From Hypanus sabinus (lineage: Eukaryota): 64,000 nucleotides of DNA. Under the pieces are notes generated by a model. That model searched no databases. It had not been told where the DNA came from and saw nothing but the letters and a program-made list of their open reading frames with translations. Positions 62,130 through 64,000 of the stretch are shown in pieces. The position numbers and the translations under genes were made by a program. Location of the stretch: the NCBI RefSeq assembly GCF_030144855.1, contig NW_026778917.1:310001-374000 (forward strand). Reading direction: 5' to 3'. Position 1 is the stretch's first letter. Every line of letters begins with the position of its first letter.

Positions 62130-63195
62130 AGCACACCCCCCCTCAGCATCTCACACAATGCACCACCCCTCAGTATCGTCCCTCCCACACTGAGACTCAC
62201 CCTCAGTCTTGCCCCTCCCACACTGAGACTCTCCCTCAGTACCACCCCTCCCACAGTGTGACCCACCCTATACCACCCCTCACAGTGACTCTCCCTCTGT
62301 ACCACCCCTCCCTCTGTGCAGCACTCCCTCAGTATCGTCCCTCCCACACTGAGACTCTCCCTCAGTCGCCCCTCCCATAGCGCGACTCTCCCTCAGTCTT
62401 GCCCCTCCCACACTGACTCTCCCTCTGTACCACTCCTCCCACAGTGACTCTCCCTCTGTACCATCCCTCCCACAGTGTGACCCTCCCTCAGTACCACCCC
62501 TCCTACAGTGTGACCCTCCCTCTGTACCACCCCTCCCACAGTGACTCTCCCTCGGTACCCCCCTCCCACAGTGTGACCCACCCTCAGTACCACCCCTCCC
62601 ACACTGACTCTCCCTCGGTACCACCCCTCCCACACTGACCCTCCCTCGGTACCACCCCTCCCACACTGACCCTCCCTCGTTACCACCCCTCCCACACTGA
62701 CTCTCCCTCAGTACCCCCCTCCCACAGCGCGACTCTCCCTCAGTCTTGCCCCTCCCACACTGACTCTCCCTCTGTACCATCCCTCCCACAGTGTGACCCT
62801 CCCTGTACCACCCCTCCCACACCGACTCTCCCTCGGTACCCCCCTCCCACGGTGTGACTCTCCCTCAGTACCCCCCTCCCACTGTGTGACTCTCCCTTGG
62901 TACCCCCCTCCCACACTGACTCTCCCTCGGTACCACCCCTCCCACACTGACTCTCCCTCGGTACCCCCCCTCCCACACTGACTCTCCCTCGGTACCCCCC
63001 CTCCCACAGTGTGACTCTCCCTCGGTACCCCCCTCCCACACTGACCCACCCTCGGTACCCCCCTCCCACAGTGTGACTCTCCCTCGGTACCCCCCTCCCA
63101 CAGTGACTCTCCCTCAGTACCCCCCCCTCCCACAGTGTGACTCTCCCTCGGTACCCCCCTCCCACAGTGTGACTCTCCCTCGGTACCCCCCTCTC
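62130..63195. repeat. C-rich ~31-33-bp minisatellite (cccctcccacagtgtgactctccctcggtacc)
   Basis: Directly visible variant tandem array in TAPBP intron 3. Confidence 0.93.
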
Positions 63196-63252
63196 ACACT
63201 GACAAGCCTTCACTGCCGACTGGGCTCCCCAGCAGGACCAGGGCAGGTGTAC

Positions 63253-63525
63253 CTGAGGTTTGCACAGGCGCAGGATCCTCTTCTCCTGCGGGCTCTGACA
63301 CCACGCGGTGCAGACTGCTCACGCTGAAGGAGCGGTCGTGGGTGTGCAGGTGCGTGCTGAACCAGCGGCCTGACTGATAAGCCGGCGTTCGTTCGTCTTC
63401 GGACAGGTGCGCGGCCCAGGCCAGAATGGAGTCCTGGGGAAGGTACTTATTAATCTCACAGCCGTGCTTCTCCCTCACGTCCGCCGGCTGGCGAAACCCC
63501 GCATGTCCCGTAACCCGAGAGTGAT
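63253..63525 (-). CDS. TAPBP: Tapasin exon 3 (N-terminal domain, 273 nt); earlier exons lie beyond the window
   Basis: ctcctctccggaacag|ATCAC...ACCTCAG|gtacac; CEINKYLPQDSILAWAAHLS...GRWF...FSVSSLHR is collinear with human CEMSRFVPLPASAKWASGLT...GAWL...LSLSSLLR. Confidence 0.88.
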
Positions 63526-63639
63526 CTGTTCCGGAGAGGAGGGTGGGGAGATTAAAGAATAATTCTGCACATGCTGGGGATTCAGAGCAACGCTCGCAAA
63601 GCTGTGGAGGCACTCAGCAAGTTGGGCTGAGTGTCCACG

Positions 63640-64000
63640 GAGAGGAGTAAACCGTCGATATTTCAGGCTGAGACAGCCTGAAATGACAGAAGGTTAAAGA
63701 TGACCATTTCAGAGAGCGTCCTGACAACTTCCAGCACGGTTTGGTACAGAAACCGCACTGTGGCGGAGAGGAGGCCTCCACAACGGCAGTCAGACCTGCT
63801 CAACTCACACCACAGCAGCCCATCCACCATCAAGGACATAGAGACAGAAAGAATCATCACGAAGGATCCACCCACCCTGCTCATGGACTGTTAGTCCTGC
63901 TCCCATCAGCAGGGAGGCTACGTAGCATCCACGTCAGGACCACCAGACTCAAAAACAGTGACTTTCCCCAAGCAGTCAGGCTGATCAACACCTCCACCCA
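63640..64000 (+). mobile_element. L2-like LINE 3' remnant
   Basis: TISESVLTTSSTVWY...IITKDPP; aacagtgactttcccc..gcagtcaggct tail. Confidence 0.6.

Noticed and set aside
44472-63525. Assignment as TAPBPR/TAPBPL instead of TAPBP
   Set aside because: The GPSVEDAVG juxtamembrane motif, TM Lys and di-lysine tail match TAPBP; a phylogeny is still needed for certainty.

Overview
Vertebrate genomic DNA, most likely a cartilaginous fish (inferred from CR1/L2/L1/Penelope-dominated introns). Two spliced immune genes lie in tandem on the minus strand. (1) Tapasin (TAPBP), exons numbered 3-8 by analogy to the human gene, at 63525->44472; its first exons lie beyond the right edge. (2) A butyrophilin-like gene with a candidate non-coding exon 1 at ~31.8 kb, then leader, IgV, IgC, TM and two 27-nt cytoplasmic exons, running off the left edge. 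All exon boundaries were read by hand and join in frame. Notable points: the tapasin lacks the ERp57-conjugating Cys95 (Thr instead); the BTN-like gene appears to use a GC-AG intron and perhaps a 3-nt micro-exon; its CpG-rich promoter has an IRF/ISRE site and a five-fold repeated CRE-like+GC-box module. The rest is repeats: six minisatellite arrays (~22% of the window; these produce all the long spurious ORFs), nested CR1/L1 fragments, an internally deleted Gypsy LTR element with TSD and tRNA-Trp PBS, a solo LTR, Penelope, L2, Tigger and SINE remnants. No database searches were run; family assignments rest on recognised motifs, and repeat boundaries are approximate.
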